From an uncultured Alphaproteobacteria bacterium (GTDB lineage Bacteria; Pseudomonadota; Alphaproteobacteria; ATCC43930; CGMCC-115725): DNA of 64,000 bases. Below are positions 39,240-49,329 of the stretch, piece after piece. A program made the translations under genes and the position numbers. The stretch lies in the NCBI GenBank assembly GCA_963736715.1, contig CAVTQA010000027.1, positions 127,979 to 191,978 of the forward strand, in the 5' to 3' direction. Position 1 is the stretch's first letter; each line of letters begins with the position of its first letter. The notes under the pieces are model-generated. The model saw nothing but the letters and a program-made list of their open reading frames with translations. It searched no databases and was not told where the DNA came from.

Positions 39240-40607
39240 ATGAGGACCTTTGTTCGCTGCGGTCAACTCTTCTCCGGGCGCGAGGACGATGCCCGTAAAG
39301 GCGAAATTCTGGTCTTCGATCAGCAGGGCGTCATCGAGTATGCCGGCCCTGAGGCTGGATCGCCGCGGCGCGCCCGCGGCGACCAGATGCTCGATCATTC
39401 CGGTTGTTTCGTGATGCCCGGGCTGATCGACGTCCATACGCACCTCGCCTATGGCAACGCCAAAAGCGAGGAGGATATCGACCTTTACAGCCCGCTCGAG
39501 TTCCGCACCCTGCGCGGCATGTTCTTCGCGCAGAAGGTCGCTGCGGCCGGGTTTACCGCGATCTGCTCGCCGGGCGATGCCGGCCAGATCAGCCTGTCGA
39601 TCCGCAACGCAATCCGCGCCGGCCTGTTCGATGGTCCTCGCGTCATGGCGGCGGGCCGCTATGTGACCACCCATCAGGGCCTGACCGATTGGTACCCGAG
39701 CTGGATCGGCGCGCCCGAAACCTCCATCGGCAAGCTGGTCACAACCATCGCCGAGGCGATCGAGGAAATCCGCCGTCAGGTCAAGGACGGTGTCGATTGC
39801 GTCAAAATCGCGCTCGACGGCATCCAGCGGCGCGATAATGGCGAGCTGGTCGCCGCCTTCACGCAGGAAGAGACAGAGATCATGGTTCGCGAGATCCATC
39901 GCCTCGGCAAGAAGGCGGTGGCGCATGCCCGCGGTCGCGAGGCGACGCTCTACGCCGCGCGCTCTGGTGTCGATCTGATTTTTCACGCCAATCATCTCGA
40001 TGATGAGTGCATCGCGGCGATGTTGGAGACCGGCAGCACGATCTCCCCAACCCTGACGCACCCGCGCAATACGATCGATTTCACGCAGCCGCACGAGCCG
40101 GCTTTCCTCAAGGGCCGCCCCGAGCATGCGCAGCGCGAATACGAGATAGGCTGCGCCAACTGGAAAAAGGCGCGCGCCGCCGGCGTGCCGTTGCTGACCG
40201 GCACCGACACCGGTTTCGCAGTTACCCCTTATGGCGAGTGGAATGCCCGCGAGCTCGAGCTCTTCGTCGAGGATCTCGGCTTTACCCCGGCCGCCGCATT
40301 ACGGGCGGCGACCGAGGTCAATGCCGGTTTCATGACCGGCGGCGACCATATCGGCACGTTGGAGCCGGGCCGCGCCGCCGATTTCATCGTGCTCGACGCC
40401 TCGCCGCTCGCCGACATCCGCGTATTGCAGGACAAGAGCCGACTGCGCGCAGTCTACATTTCGGGGAAGGAGATCCGCATACCCGACCGCCCCTACGATC
40501 CCCGGCAGGTAACCGATTTCGCGCTGTCGAACTGGACCGAACTCTACACCCGGGCGCGGGTCGCCGAATTGCGTCGGCAAGGCCCGACCCTTGCGGCGGC
40601 GGAGTAA
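39240..40607 (+). CDS. amidohydrolase-family metal-dependent hydrolase
   Basis: ATG at 39240 after AGGAG. GLIDVHTHLAYG metal-binding motif, and later HARG...HANH. Confidence 0.8.
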   Translation: MRTFVRCGQLFSGREDDARKGEILVFDQQGVIEYAGPEAGSPRRARGDQMLDHSGCFVMPGLIDVHTHLAYGNAKSEEDIDLYSPLEFRTLRGMFFAQKVAAAGFTAICSPGDAGQISLSIRNAIRAGLFDGPRVMAAGRYVTTHQGLTDWYPSWIGAPETSIGKLVTTIAEAIEEIRRQVKDGVDCVKIALDGIQRRDNGELVAAFTQEETEIMVREIHRLGKKAVAHARGREATLYAARSGVDLIFHANHLDDECIAAMLETGSTISPTLTHPRNTIDFTQPHEPAFLKGRPEHAQREYEIGCANWKKARAAGVPLLTGTDTGFAVTPYGEWNARELELFVEDLGFTPAAALRAATEVNAGFMTGGDHIGTLEPGRAADFIVLDASPLADIRVLQDKSRLRAVYISGKEIRIPDRPYDPRQVTDFALSNWTELYTRARVAELRRQGPTLAAAE

Positions 40608-40655
40608 ACATCAGCTGCCACCGCTGGCGAGAGCTGTTGCGCTGCCTGACCAATC

Positions 40656-41111
40656 TTATCGGCGGCGCGCCTGGAAAAAATCGCGCAGCAATCCACCCGC
40701 GCGCCGCTCCTTGATGCCGCCGTAAATTTCCGGCCGGTGGTGGGTCGCCGGCTGGTCGAACAGGCGGGGGCCGTGCTCGACTGCGCCGCTTTTCGGATCG
40801 TAAGCCCCGAAATAGAGCCGGCGCAGGCGGGCCAAAGCGATCGCCGCGGCGCACATCGCGCAGGGTTCGAGGGTGACGTAGAGATCGCATTCGGTGAGTT
40901 GCGCGGCGCCCAGCTGGGCTGCGCCTCTGCGTAATGCCAGCATCTCGGCATGAGCCGTCGGGTCATGGTCGGCCTCGACGCGATTGCCGGCAGCGGCGAG
41001 GACACGCCCTTCGCGATCGACCAGCACGGCGCCGACCGGCACGTCGCCGTGCGCGGCCGCCGCCTCGGCTTCGGCGAGGGCCAGATTCATCGGTGATAGG
41101 TGCAGGCTCAT
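40656..41111 (-). CDS. tadA: tRNA adenosine(34) deaminase
   Basis: The last 151 codons of the 550-aa ORF. CDA motifs HAEMLAL and LEPCAMCAAA. ATGA overlap with the upstream thioesterase stop. Confidence 0.9.
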   Translation of the reverse strand: MSLHLSPMNLALAEAEAAAAHGDVPVGAVLVDREGRVLAAAGNRVEADHDPTAHAEMLALRRGAAQLGAAQLTECDLYVTLEPCAMCAAAIALARLRRLYFGAYDPKSGAVEHGPRLFDQPATHHRPEIYGGIKERRAGGLLRDFFQARRR

Positions 41112-41503
41112 CCGCTGTGCCAGCGGCGAATGGGCTCGGGTATCGCGATCGGTCGCCGGGTTGAGAGGCGCATGAACAAACCTTCCTGCTCGGCCTCGGC
41201 ATGGACGGCGCCATTGACCGAGAATTCCGCGGCGAGCCGCCAGCGCACTCGGGTCAGTCCGGCGACCCGCATGCGGCCGACCAGCGGGTCGGCGATCGTC
41301 ACCGGCCGGCGATAGCTGATTCGCGTGGACAAGAGGATCGGCGCGATATCCTCGGCGAGCGCGCGGATCAGCGGATATGCCTGGTCCAAAAGGCCGAGCC
41401 GCAGATCCTCCAGCCAGCGAATGAACACGATGTTGCTGACAATGCCGGCAAAGTCTATGTCGTAGGTCCGTATCGGGAGCGGCTGCTCGTAATACTCGGT
41501 CAT
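41108..41503 (-). CDS. hotdog-fold acyl-CoA thioesterase (4HBT/YbgC-like)
   Basis: 131 aa. IRTYDIDFAGIVSNIVFIRWLED is typical of the 4HBT family. Confidence 0.75.
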   Translation of the reverse strand: MTEYYEQPLPIRTYDIDFAGIVSNIVFIRWLEDLRLGLLDQAYPLIRALAEDIAPILLSTRISYRRPVTIADPLVGRMRVAGLTRVRWRLAAEFSVNGAVHAEAEQEGLFMRLSTRRPIAIPEPIRRWHSG

Positions 41504-41546
41504 CGCTACGCCGGTTTCGCCCCCGCATTAGATTGGATTTTGCAGC

Positions 41547-42260
41547 ATGGCACAGCCGGTCATCGGTCTCACCCTCGATCACGAGCCGCCCGGCGGCTAT
41601 TCGAATTTTCCGTGGTATGCGATCCGCGAGAATTATTGCAATGCGGTGCGCCATGCCGGCGGATTGCCGATCCTGCTGCCGCACGATCCGGACGCCGCGT
41701 CGGCCTATCTCGGCCGGATCGACGGCCTGATCGTCACCGGCGGTGGGTTCGATGTCGACCCGACGCTGTTCGGGGAGGCGACGAGACACCCGACAGTCAA
41801 GACCAAGGACCGCCGCACTGCCTTCGAGATGGCCGCCGCAAAGGGCGCGCTCGCTCAAGACATGCCGGTGCTCGGGATCTGCGGCGGCCAGCAGCTCCTG
41901 AACGTCGCGCTCGGCGGCACTTTGATCCAGCATATCCCGGACGAAGTCCCGGATTGCCTGCCGCATCGCCAGCCGAACCCGCGCAACGAGCCCGGGCATA
42001 CCGTCCGGGTGGTCGCCGGCACGCTCCTCCACCGCATCACCGGAGTGGACAGCCTCGGGGTCAACAGCGCGCACCATCAGGCGGTCAAGGCCGCAGCGCC
42101 GGGCCTCGTCATCGACGCCGTCGCCGAGGACGGCGTCGTCGAGGGAATCGAGGATCCGCGCCACCGCTTCTGTCTCGGGGTGCAGTGGCACCCCGAATTC
42201 GAGATCAGCGAGGCCGACCGCCAAATCTTTCGGGCTCTTATCGAAGTCGCCAGCGGGTGA
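41547..42260 (+). CDS. class I glutamine amidotransferase, peptidase C26 / gamma-glutamyl-GABA hydrolase-like
   Basis: 237 aa. Nucleophile elbow LGICGGQQLLNV and C-terminal GVQWHPEF. Confidence 0.85.
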   Translation: MAQPVIGLTLDHEPPGGYSNFPWYAIRENYCNAVRHAGGLPILLPHDPDAASAYLGRIDGLIVTGGGFDVDPTLFGEATRHPTVKTKDRRTAFEMAAAKGALAQDMPVLGICGGQQLLNVALGGTLIQHIPDEVPDCLPHRQPNPRNEPGHTVRVVAGTLLHRITGVDSLGVNSAHHQAVKAAAPGLVIDAVAEDGVVEGIEDPRHRFCLGVQWHPEFEISEADRQIFRALIEVASG

Positions 42261-42320
42261 AGAATTCGGCGAATTCAGAGCACGAGACCGCCGTTCGATA
42301 ACCGACAAGCCGCCGCGAAA

Positions 42321-44393
42321 TCAATTTACAAGGCCGAGTCCGCGGATTTTCTCGAACGCCGGGTGGATTTGGGCCCGGTACGCGGCGGACCCGGAACGCG
42401 ACAGCCAGAGCTGTTCGAACGCACGTGTCCGGTGCTGCGGGTATAGTCCACGGAATTTCGCTGCGGCTTCGGTGGCCTCCTTATCCCGCCCGATCGTAGA
42501 CAGCGCAGCCGCCAGGAATAGCTGCGCGCTGCCGTAGCTGGGATTGCGTTCCAAAGATTTGCGGAGAAGGGAAATCGAAGCCTCGGTTCGCCCGAGCAGG
42601 AGTTCGGCAAAGCCGCCGAAGAAGAGCCAGATGCTGTGCCGTCGATCCGATCGGTCGAGGCTCATTGCTCGCTCGTTCGCCGGCACAGTCTCGTCGGCGC
42701 GGCCGAGAAAGGCCGCATTGTACCCGGCGAACCCGTGCGCAGTGCCCTGGCCTGAATCGGTCGTCAGAGCGCGCTCGAAGGCGCCGCCCGCCTCATCCAG
42801 CTGTCCGGCAGCCGAGTACAACATGCCTTGCACGCAATGCGCGGCGGTGTGCCCCGGGGCGATCGAGAGCGCCATCGCCGCCGCCTCGCGGCCGAGGTCG
42901 GAGGCGGTCGCCACGACTCGCGGCTCGGCCCACCACGGGTTGCTGACGAGATGTTGGCAGGTTATCGCCAAACCTGTCAGAGCCTCGACATTGCGTGGAT
43001 CGTTCGCCAGCGCTATTAGATACCACCGCTGTGCCTCGGCTGACAACTCTGCGCGCATGCCGCGTTGCAGCGCGCCCGCCGCCCGCGACAGCGATCCGGT
43101 GACCTCGTGCTCCGTGCCCGCGTCGAAAAAGGCGCGCCGGCTCGCCGCCTGGAGCAGCAGCACGTGAAGCTCTCGGGATATCCGCCGAGTGATCCTCGTC
43201 TGGACCGATGCGAGTTCTTCCGGACGGAATTCATGGCGCCCCGCCCACACGAACTGGGAGGTCGCGGCATCGACGATCCGCATATTCACCCGCAGAGTTC
43301 CCGGATTGGCGCACTGAGCGCTTCCGGTAACGATATAGTCGTCTTCGCGCTCTGAAGCGGGCGACCGAGCGAGCTTGCCCATTGCAGGTTGCTCGCCTTT
43401 CAACGGTTTGAGCGAGAGACCGCGACCTTGTCGAAGGAGGTCGGTGACAAGGTCATCGGTAAAGGCTTCCACCAAGCGTTGCCGATCGGGCTCGCCCGTC
43501 AAATTGCGCATTGGCGCGACTGCCACGGCAATGCTCGGCAGCAGGCATGGCCATTGCGGTTTTTCTGAGCCAGCGGTCGGCTGCTTTTGCGACCGAGGGC
43601 TGTGGCTTTCCACTACGCGATCGGCAATTGCTTTCAAAGGCGGTGTGCCGCTTACGATATGACGCTCCCCGCCCGAGCGGGTGATTGAGCGCGCCAACTC
43701 CTGGGTTTCCTCATCGGGCGTGACGCCCAGCTCGCGCTGCAAAGTAGTTGCGCAGCTCTTGTACTGGCGCAGCGCTTCACCGCGGCGGCCGCCGCGCGCG
43801 TAGGCGCGCATCAGCGCACGCTGCCCTGATTCGGATAGCGGCTCGAGGGTCACCAGCCGACGCCCGGACTGGATCGCGGCTTCGTAGTCACCGGCGGCGT
43901 CTTGCAGCGCGATCAACCGTTCCAGAACGTCACAGATCGCAGCTAGCGCGCGGTCGCGTGCCGCTGCCAACCACTCCTGGAACGGCTCGGAGGCGATGTA
44001 GAAATCGGCTAGGAAGTCTCCGCGGTACAAGTCGGCTGCCATCTGCAGCTCGCCACGGTCCTGTGAGCGCGACAGGCGCTCGAAATCATCAAGGTCGACG
44101 ATGGCGTCCCCGATCCTGCAATTGGCGAAGTCGGCTGCCAAATCAGAAGCTGTTCCCCGCCCGACCACCTTGCGCAGCTCCAACAGGCAATTGCGCAAAC
44201 TGTGGCGGCCTTGCTCCGCCCCCTGGTAGGGCCACAGCAAGTCGGCCAGTCGCTCGCGGCTTACCGCTTCCCCGTTTTGCGCCGCGAGAAAGGCGAGCAG
44301 CGCGCGCGCCTTTTTCGGGAGCTTATCGAGCCGACAGTCATCACTCTTGATCACCAAAGGTCCGAGCACTTGAATCGTCAAAGACATCATCAA
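42321..44393 (-). CDS. SARP-type regulator: OmpR-like wHTH + BTAD + TolB-N-like + TPR
   Basis: 690 aa. LGPLVIKSDD...ARALLAFLAAQNGEAVSRERLADLLWP, BTAD (ADLYRGDFLADF...ALMRAYARGGRRGEALRQY), TPR-like C-terminus. Confidence 0.85.
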   Translation of the reverse strand: MMMSLTIQVLGPLVIKSDDCRLDKLPKKARALLAFLAAQNGEAVSRERLADLLWPYQGAEQGRHSLRNCLLELRKVVGRGTASDLAADFANCRIGDAIVDLDDFERLSRSQDRGELQMAADLYRGDFLADFYIASEPFQEWLAAARDRALAAICDVLERLIALQDAAGDYEAAIQSGRRLVTLEPLSESGQRALMRAYARGGRRGEALRQYKSCATTLQRELGVTPDEETQELARSITRSGGERHIVSGTPPLKAIADRVVESHSPRSQKQPTAGSEKPQWPCLLPSIAVAVAPMRNLTGEPDRQRLVEAFTDDLVTDLLRQGRGLSLKPLKGEQPAMGKLARSPASEREDDYIVTGSAQCANPGTLRVNMRIVDAATSQFVWAGRHEFRPEELASVQTRITRRISRELHVLLLQAASRRAFFDAGTEHEVTGSLSRAAGALQRGMRAELSAEAQRWYLIALANDPRNVEALTGLAITCQHLVSNPWWAEPRVVATASDLGREAAAMALSIAPGHTAAHCVQGMLYSAAGQLDEAGGAFERALTTDSGQGTAHGFAGYNAAFLGRADETVPANERAMSLDRSDRRHSIWLFFGGFAELLLGRTEASISLLRKSLERNPSYGSAQLFLAAALSTIGRDKEATEAAAKFRGLYPQHRTRAFEQLWLSRSGSAAYRAQIHPAFEKIRGLGLVN

Positions 44394-44910
44394 CTATCCC
44401 AATAATGGCCGAGGAAAACTCTCGGCCGTTAGTTTATACTGAGGCATGCATCGGCTGCCCTGGGCAGGGGAGCGGCCATAGACCAGTCACAACCATCGCT
44501 TCCCATTTGGACTAGCCGTTCAGCAAGGTGGCGTCGGGTTCGACCACGCTGTCGTACCCACCGAACTGCCACCACGGGATCGGAGCTTGGCTCGTCTGTA
44601 TTAATCGTACAAATTATGGCAAAAATACGTCTGTTCGCGACCAATTGTTTCAATGCGGCCAAATCGAGCCGAATTTGCGCCTTTTTGTATCGACTGGTGT
44701 CACCGATGCCGCTAAGACCCGCTTCATGGGGGAAAAAGCAAAATAAGCACAACCTTTTTGACAGGCGCGAGACGTGGAAATGACGTTCGCCTGACATGGG
44801 CCCGCTAAGATCGCCTAACGCTTCGATCCGTTTATCGACGGCCTGCCCAGATTGCTAACAGGTAGTGGGCGGCGGGTCGCGCCTCCACTACATGCACAAA
44901 GCGAGGCGAC

Positions 44911-46749
44911 GTGAAACGAACTAGCACCACGAACGGGATTTACGTCGCGCAGATACGGGTTCTTTACCAGCACATCCCGATAGTCCTGCTCGTCAACATG
45001 GTCAACTCCGCCTTGGTAGCGGTTGTACTGGCGTCCTATAAAGGACAGACTTGGTGGCTGGCATTTCTCGCATTGACCATCGCCCTTACGGCGGCTCATG
45101 CATTCGGATGGGTCTGTTACCGCCACACGGGGGAGTCGGTCGAGTCCGCGAGCCGATGGGCGGCGGCGGCAACCGTCGGATCGGGACTGTCCGGATTGCT
45201 GTGGGGCGTCGGCAGCGCACTTTTGCTCCCGGATAACCTGGTGGAGCAGACTTTCGTTGCCTTTGTGATCGGCGGCCTGTGCGCCGCCTCTCTTGTCGCA
45301 TTTTCCAACTATCTGCCAGCCTTCGTTGCCTATGTCTTCCCCGCCTCGTTACCACTGGCGGGCCGCTTCTTCCTCGATGGTTGGACTGTACACGGCGACA
45401 TGATGGTGGTGTTCGCGGTGACAATAACTCTTGCCGCATGCAATTCCACTCGCGGCTTTGTACATGGATTGCGTTTGAACTGCGATCTGACCGAGAAGAC
45501 CAAAGAGCTAGTTGCGGCAAATCACCGGTTACACTTGGAGATAGAGCAGCGGAGGGTCGCGGAGGACCAGTTGCGACAAATCCACAAAATGGAGGCCGTC
45601 GGCCAACTGACAGGCGGCATCGCTCACGATTTCAACAACCTGCTCACCGTCATCGTCGGGCACCTCGAAATGGCGCAAGACCGCGTCAGCGCCGATCCCC
45701 GCACCGTGACGTTGTTACAGGACTCCCTCCGTGCGGCGGAGCGCGGTGCCGCGCTGACCCGGCATCTGCTCGCCTTTGCACGCCGACAGCATTTGGATCC
45801 AAGGCCAGTCGACATTTCCGGCGTACTCAGCGCCGCGGAGAGATTGCTGGAGCAGACGATCGGCCTCGAAATCGAGCTGGTGATACGCTCAGAACTCGAT
45901 CTACACGCGGCGTGGATCGACCCGAACCAGCTCGAGCTCGCAATCCTGAACCTCGCCCTCAACGCGCGCGACGCCATGCCGGGAGGCGGAGTTCTCCGAA
46001 TCAGTGCGGAGAACCGGCGAAGAGACATTGGCAAGCTGCCGGCGGAGCTGCAGCCGGACGACTATGTAGTAATTTCGGTATCCGACACCGGCATCGGGAT
46101 GAATAAGGAGACCCTCCAACGCGCCTTCGAGCCATTCTTCACGACGAAGGAGGCCGGCCGAGGCTCGGGGCTAGGATTATCGATCGTTCACGGCTTTGCG
46201 GCGCAATCGGGGGGATTGGTCGAGATTGCCAGCATCCTTGGTGAAGGTACAAAGGTCGATTTGTGGCTGCCGCGCGCCGCGAGCAAAACCTCCCAATGCG
46301 TGGCTCCCGTCACCGGTCCATCTATATTCGAGCCGAGCCAGGCAAAAATCCTGGTTTGCGACGATGACTCGGGTGTGCTGACTTTTGTCGCGACCATTCT
46401 GCGTGATAATGGCCACGTCGTGTGGGAAGCGCACACCCCTTCTGAGGCCCTCGCGATCCTGCAGAGAGAGCGGCCACTCGATCTTCTGTTGGTAGATTAC
46501 GCCATGCCGGGAATGAATGGCATCGTCGTCATAGATCGTGCGCGGGCCTGTCAGCGGGAATTGAACGTGATACTGATGTCTGGACACGCGGATGTGCTTC
46601 GCGCGGGCGGCATTTCAGGAATCCCGCTTCTCGCAAAGCCGTTCAGAGTCGCCGAGCTCCGGCAGCGTATAGGCGAAGTGTTGTTGGGGCCTTCACCCGA
46701 TGCCGATTTCGGCTTGCCCCGAATGCAACATTTCAGTGTCTCCGACTGA
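44911..46749 (+). CDS. membrane hybrid sensor histidine kinase / response regulator
   Basis: 612 aa, GTG start, ~6 TM helices, HisKA (GGIAHDFNNLLTVIVGHLEM), HATPase, C-terminal REC (ILVCDDDSGV...DYAMPGMNG). Confidence 0.9.
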   Translation: MKRTSTTNGIYVAQIRVLYQHIPIVLLVNMVNSALVAVVLASYKGQTWWLAFLALTIALTAAHAFGWVCYRHTGESVESASRWAAAATVGSGLSGLLWGVGSALLLPDNLVEQTFVAFVIGGLCAASLVAFSNYLPAFVAYVFPASLPLAGRFFLDGWTVHGDMMVVFAVTITLAACNSTRGFVHGLRLNCDLTEKTKELVAANHRLHLEIEQRRVAEDQLRQIHKMEAVGQLTGGIAHDFNNLLTVIVGHLEMAQDRVSADPRTVTLLQDSLRAAERGAALTRHLLAFARRQHLDPRPVDISGVLSAAERLLEQTIGLEIELVIRSELDLHAAWIDPNQLELAILNLALNARDAMPGGGVLRISAENRRRDIGKLPAELQPDDYVVISVSDTGIGMNKETLQRAFEPFFTTKEAGRGSGLGLSIVHGFAAQSGGLVEIASILGEGTKVDLWLPRAASKTSQCVAPVTGPSIFEPSQAKILVCDDDSGVLTFVATILRDNGHVVWEAHTPSEALAILQRERPLDLLLVDYAMPGMNGIVVIDRARACQRELNVILMSGHADVLRAGGISGIPLLAKPFRVAELRQRIGEVLLGPSPDADFGLPRMQHFSVSD

Positions 46750-46818
46750 TCAGAGGAAGTCGGGAGGTGACGGTCTCGTATCGCACGGCAGGTTGCCCGG
46801 GCGCCGCAATGCAGGAAT

Positions 46819-47280
46819 TCAGATAATCGGGACCGTCACGCTGCTCACGAGGTCGAGTGGTCCGTAGGGTAGAAGCTGCGGCGCGATGAAATCGAATGAG
46901 TGGCTCGCACAGATCGTCATCGTGGTTGGGGACGTCGTTGTGTCGACCGCAACTGAAACGCTGATGGCAGCGCCCCGGTAGGCGGCCAACACCCGCTGGG
47001 CATACCAGGCGGAGCAATTTGCCAGCGGCGTATTCGATAAGGCAGGGCATTGCGAGGCCTGGGTCTGAGCTATGCAGATCGCAGGCGGATGGTGAATGGA
47101 CACCATCGCATATCGGCCGGCTTCCTCGACCGCTATCAGCATCGTATTGTAGGTCCACAAGGCTCGCGCAGCTTCGACGCTGCCGACGACAGCCAACAAC
47201 AGCACAGACATTATGCCGGCGGCCTCGACGGCAGCGGTGCCCGCCTCGGCTGCGCACCAGAACGGTTTGCGGCACTTCAT
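46819..47280 (-). CDS. tadE: TadE-like pseudopilin/pilus assembly protein
   Basis: ATG at 47280 (ATGA overlap with the upstream gene). N-terminus GTAAVEAAGIMSVLLLAVVGSVEAAR is TadE-like. Confidence 0.65.
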   Translation of the reverse strand: MKCRKPFWCAAEAGTAAVEAAGIMSVLLLAVVGSVEAARALWTYNTMLIAVEEAGRYAMVSIHHPPAICIAQTQASQCPALSNTPLANCSAWYAQRVLAAYRGAAISVSVAVDTTTSPTTMTICASHSFDFIAPQLLPYGPLDLVSSVTVPII

Positions 47281-47756
47281 TGCAGGCGCACCTCGGTCGT
47301 TGCGGTTAGCATTGCAGGAATGCCCGGCCCTGGCACCAGCGCCATAAAAGGTTGGTTTGCCGTGATCCGAATGAAAACGCGATTGGGCCCGGGACGGCCG
47401 ACTGTAGCACACGATTCGCTGCAGGCAATCGGCGTCTCGTCATCGCACTCGCAGCTCCTCGGAAAGCTCGCCGGAAAGATCAATGTCGGCACGGGGCTCA
47501 TCGCAGTCTGCATCGCGTGCTTTATGCCGCCGGTATCGTCCGGGTAAGTCCGTGCATATTCCGCACCGATACGTGCCGTTGCCGCCAGTTCGGCGGATTT
47601 GGTTGCGAGCATACCGAAATCGGCAATGCCGGTCGCAATCAGAACGAGGATCGGCGCCATCAGGGCGAACTCGGCGGCTACACTGCCATTACAGGTTCGG
47701 CACCCCGGGGCTATTTCTCCTTCTCGCCGGCCGCAATCCTTGAATCTTTTCGGCAT
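47277..47756 (-). CDS. tadE: TadE-like pseudopilin/pilus assembly protein
   Basis: ATG at 47756. GSVAAEFALMAPILVLIATGIADFG is the TadE N-terminal motif. Confidence 0.7.
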   Translation of the reverse strand: MPKRFKDCGRREGEIAPGCRTCNGSVAAEFALMAPILVLIATGIADFGMLATKSAELAATARIGAEYARTYPDDTGGIKHAMQTAMSPVPTLIFPASFPRSCECDDETPIACSESCATVGRPGPNRVFIRITANQPFMALVPGPGIPAMLTATTEVRLQ

Positions 47757-47758
47757 CT

Positions 47759-49165
47759 TCACTCGGCGATTGCAACAGTAACGATTGCGGGAAGATTGCC
47801 GAGTCCAGCGCTCGCACATCCGCCGGCGTCGAGCCGTGACGTAGCATCGATGTCCACGGTTCCGACCACGAGCAGCAAACATTGCGGGCCGGCCGCGCTC
47901 GGTGCTCCGCGAAAGGTCACAGATGAGTTGGGGAAATAGACGAGCCCGTTGAGAGTCGTGCCCGGCATGCCGCCAATCGTGCTGTGGCTCGAGGTGTAGG
48001 TCGTACCTGGTGGCAAGCCATTAGAATCCTGAATGATCGCAAGGCCAGCGAAGGGCCCTGAACTTGGCGCGTTGAGCGTCAACATGGCGCTTGAGGCCAC
48101 CGATATCGCTCCGATCGCCCCGGTCTGCGCGGTCAAGATGATCGTTACACCCGCACCCTTCGTATTGTCACAAGTTGAGCATTTGAGCACAGAGCGCGAC
48201 TGAAGGGTCAGATTGCCGGTAACCCAATAAGTGCCCGGCGATAGGTCAACCGTCTGTCCAGACGTGATCTTCCAGGACCCCGATATGCGGGTATTCGGCG
48301 ACAGAAGAATTTGTGGAGCAGCCAGTAAATTGCCGGCGATTGCGCAATTGCCGGCATAAATCGTCACATAACCTGAAGACTGCGATGTGCAAACCGGCGT
48401 GGCCGGCATGCCGCTCATAAGAAAGGTATGGGTAAGGGTGCCGGCGTAAGGGTCGGCCACTCTCGGCGCGCCGATCATCGCGGGTGAGGATAGCGTGAAC
48501 TCCGGTGGCGGCGCCGCCGGGTCGATCGGGGTCCCCTGCAACGATATTTCGCCGGCGGTGACTACAGTCGCTGCAGCTACGGCACTGTTGCTGCTGCGAA
48601 GGTCGATCGCGCTACTGCTGATTGAGTTCGCCGCTGCGGAACAGTTGGGCATGTCGAGCTGGACAGAAGCGGCGATTTCTAGATCCGTGCTGGTCGCGCC
48701 AAGTGCCAGAATGCACGGGTTGTCCAGCAGCTCGATGACCGCAACAGCCGTATTGGATACCGTAACGCCGGACAGAAACATCGCCGCCAGCAAAGCTCCC
48801 TGAGACTGCTGCAGGGTAACCGCGATTCCATTAGTGACAATTCCGTCGCTATAAGGATAAACGACTGCCGGCGTACTTCCCTTGTAGCCGTTTCGTCTGG
48901 CGGCCTCGTCGGCAGCCCTCGTCAGGTCGCCGGTCACGTTGGTTTTTCCGGCGATCACCTCATAACCCGCGGAGATCGCGGCGGAGTCGGCGGCCGACTG
49001 GTTTTGTAATTTGATGGTGAACCAAACGCCGGTTTCAACACCGAGCGCACCAATCCCGATCAGACCTGGAAGAGCAATGGCCACGATCATTGCGGTAACG
49101 CCGGACTTGTCGCGAAAAATACGCGCGATTAAGTCCCAAAGCGATCGAACGAAGTCAGGCGACAC
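47759..49165 (-). CDS. tadG: TadG-like Flp pilus assembly protein
   Basis: 468 aa. N-terminal KSGVTAMIVAIALPGLIGIGALGVETGVWF (TadG-type membrane anchor), then a long Thr/Ser/Gly/Ala-rich beta-type region. Confidence 0.7.
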   Translation of the reverse strand: MSPDFVRSLWDLIARIFRDKSGVTAMIVAIALPGLIGIGALGVETGVWFTIKLQNQSAADSAAISAGYEVIAGKTNVTGDLTRAADEAARRNGYKGSTPAVVYPYSDGIVTNGIAVTLQQSQGALLAAMFLSGVTVSNTAVAVIELLDNPCILALGATSTDLEIAASVQLDMPNCSAAANSISSSAIDLRSSNSAVAAATVVTAGEISLQGTPIDPAAPPPEFTLSSPAMIGAPRVADPYAGTLTHTFLMSGMPATPVCTSQSSGYVTIYAGNCAIAGNLLAAPQILLSPNTRISGSWKITSGQTVDLSPGTYWVTGNLTLQSRSVLKCSTCDNTKGAGVTIILTAQTGAIGAISVASSAMLTLNAPSSGPFAGLAIIQDSNGLPPGTTYTSSHSTIGGMPGTTLNGLVYFPNSSVTFRGAPSAAGPQCLLLVVGTVDIDATSRLDAGGCASAGLGNLPAIVTVAIAE

Positions 49166-49329
49166 GGTCTATCGAAACTCGCAAGTGTTCGGTGGCCGTT
49201 TTTCTTGCCGACAGATGCGCGACGCAATGCGGAGATGAATGATCGACCTAAGCATTGGGGATCGGGAAGTCTGCCTCCGGCGCTGCCGATGTAGCTGGCG
49301 CGCCTGGCTTCTATCACCAGATGTTTCGG

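Noticed and set aside
41112-42308. N-terminal 400 codons of the 550-aa ORF 40656..42308
   Set aside because: Only the last 151 codons (tadA) carry deaminase motifs. The upstream part overlaps the thioesterase in another frame and is antisense to the amidotransferase gene.
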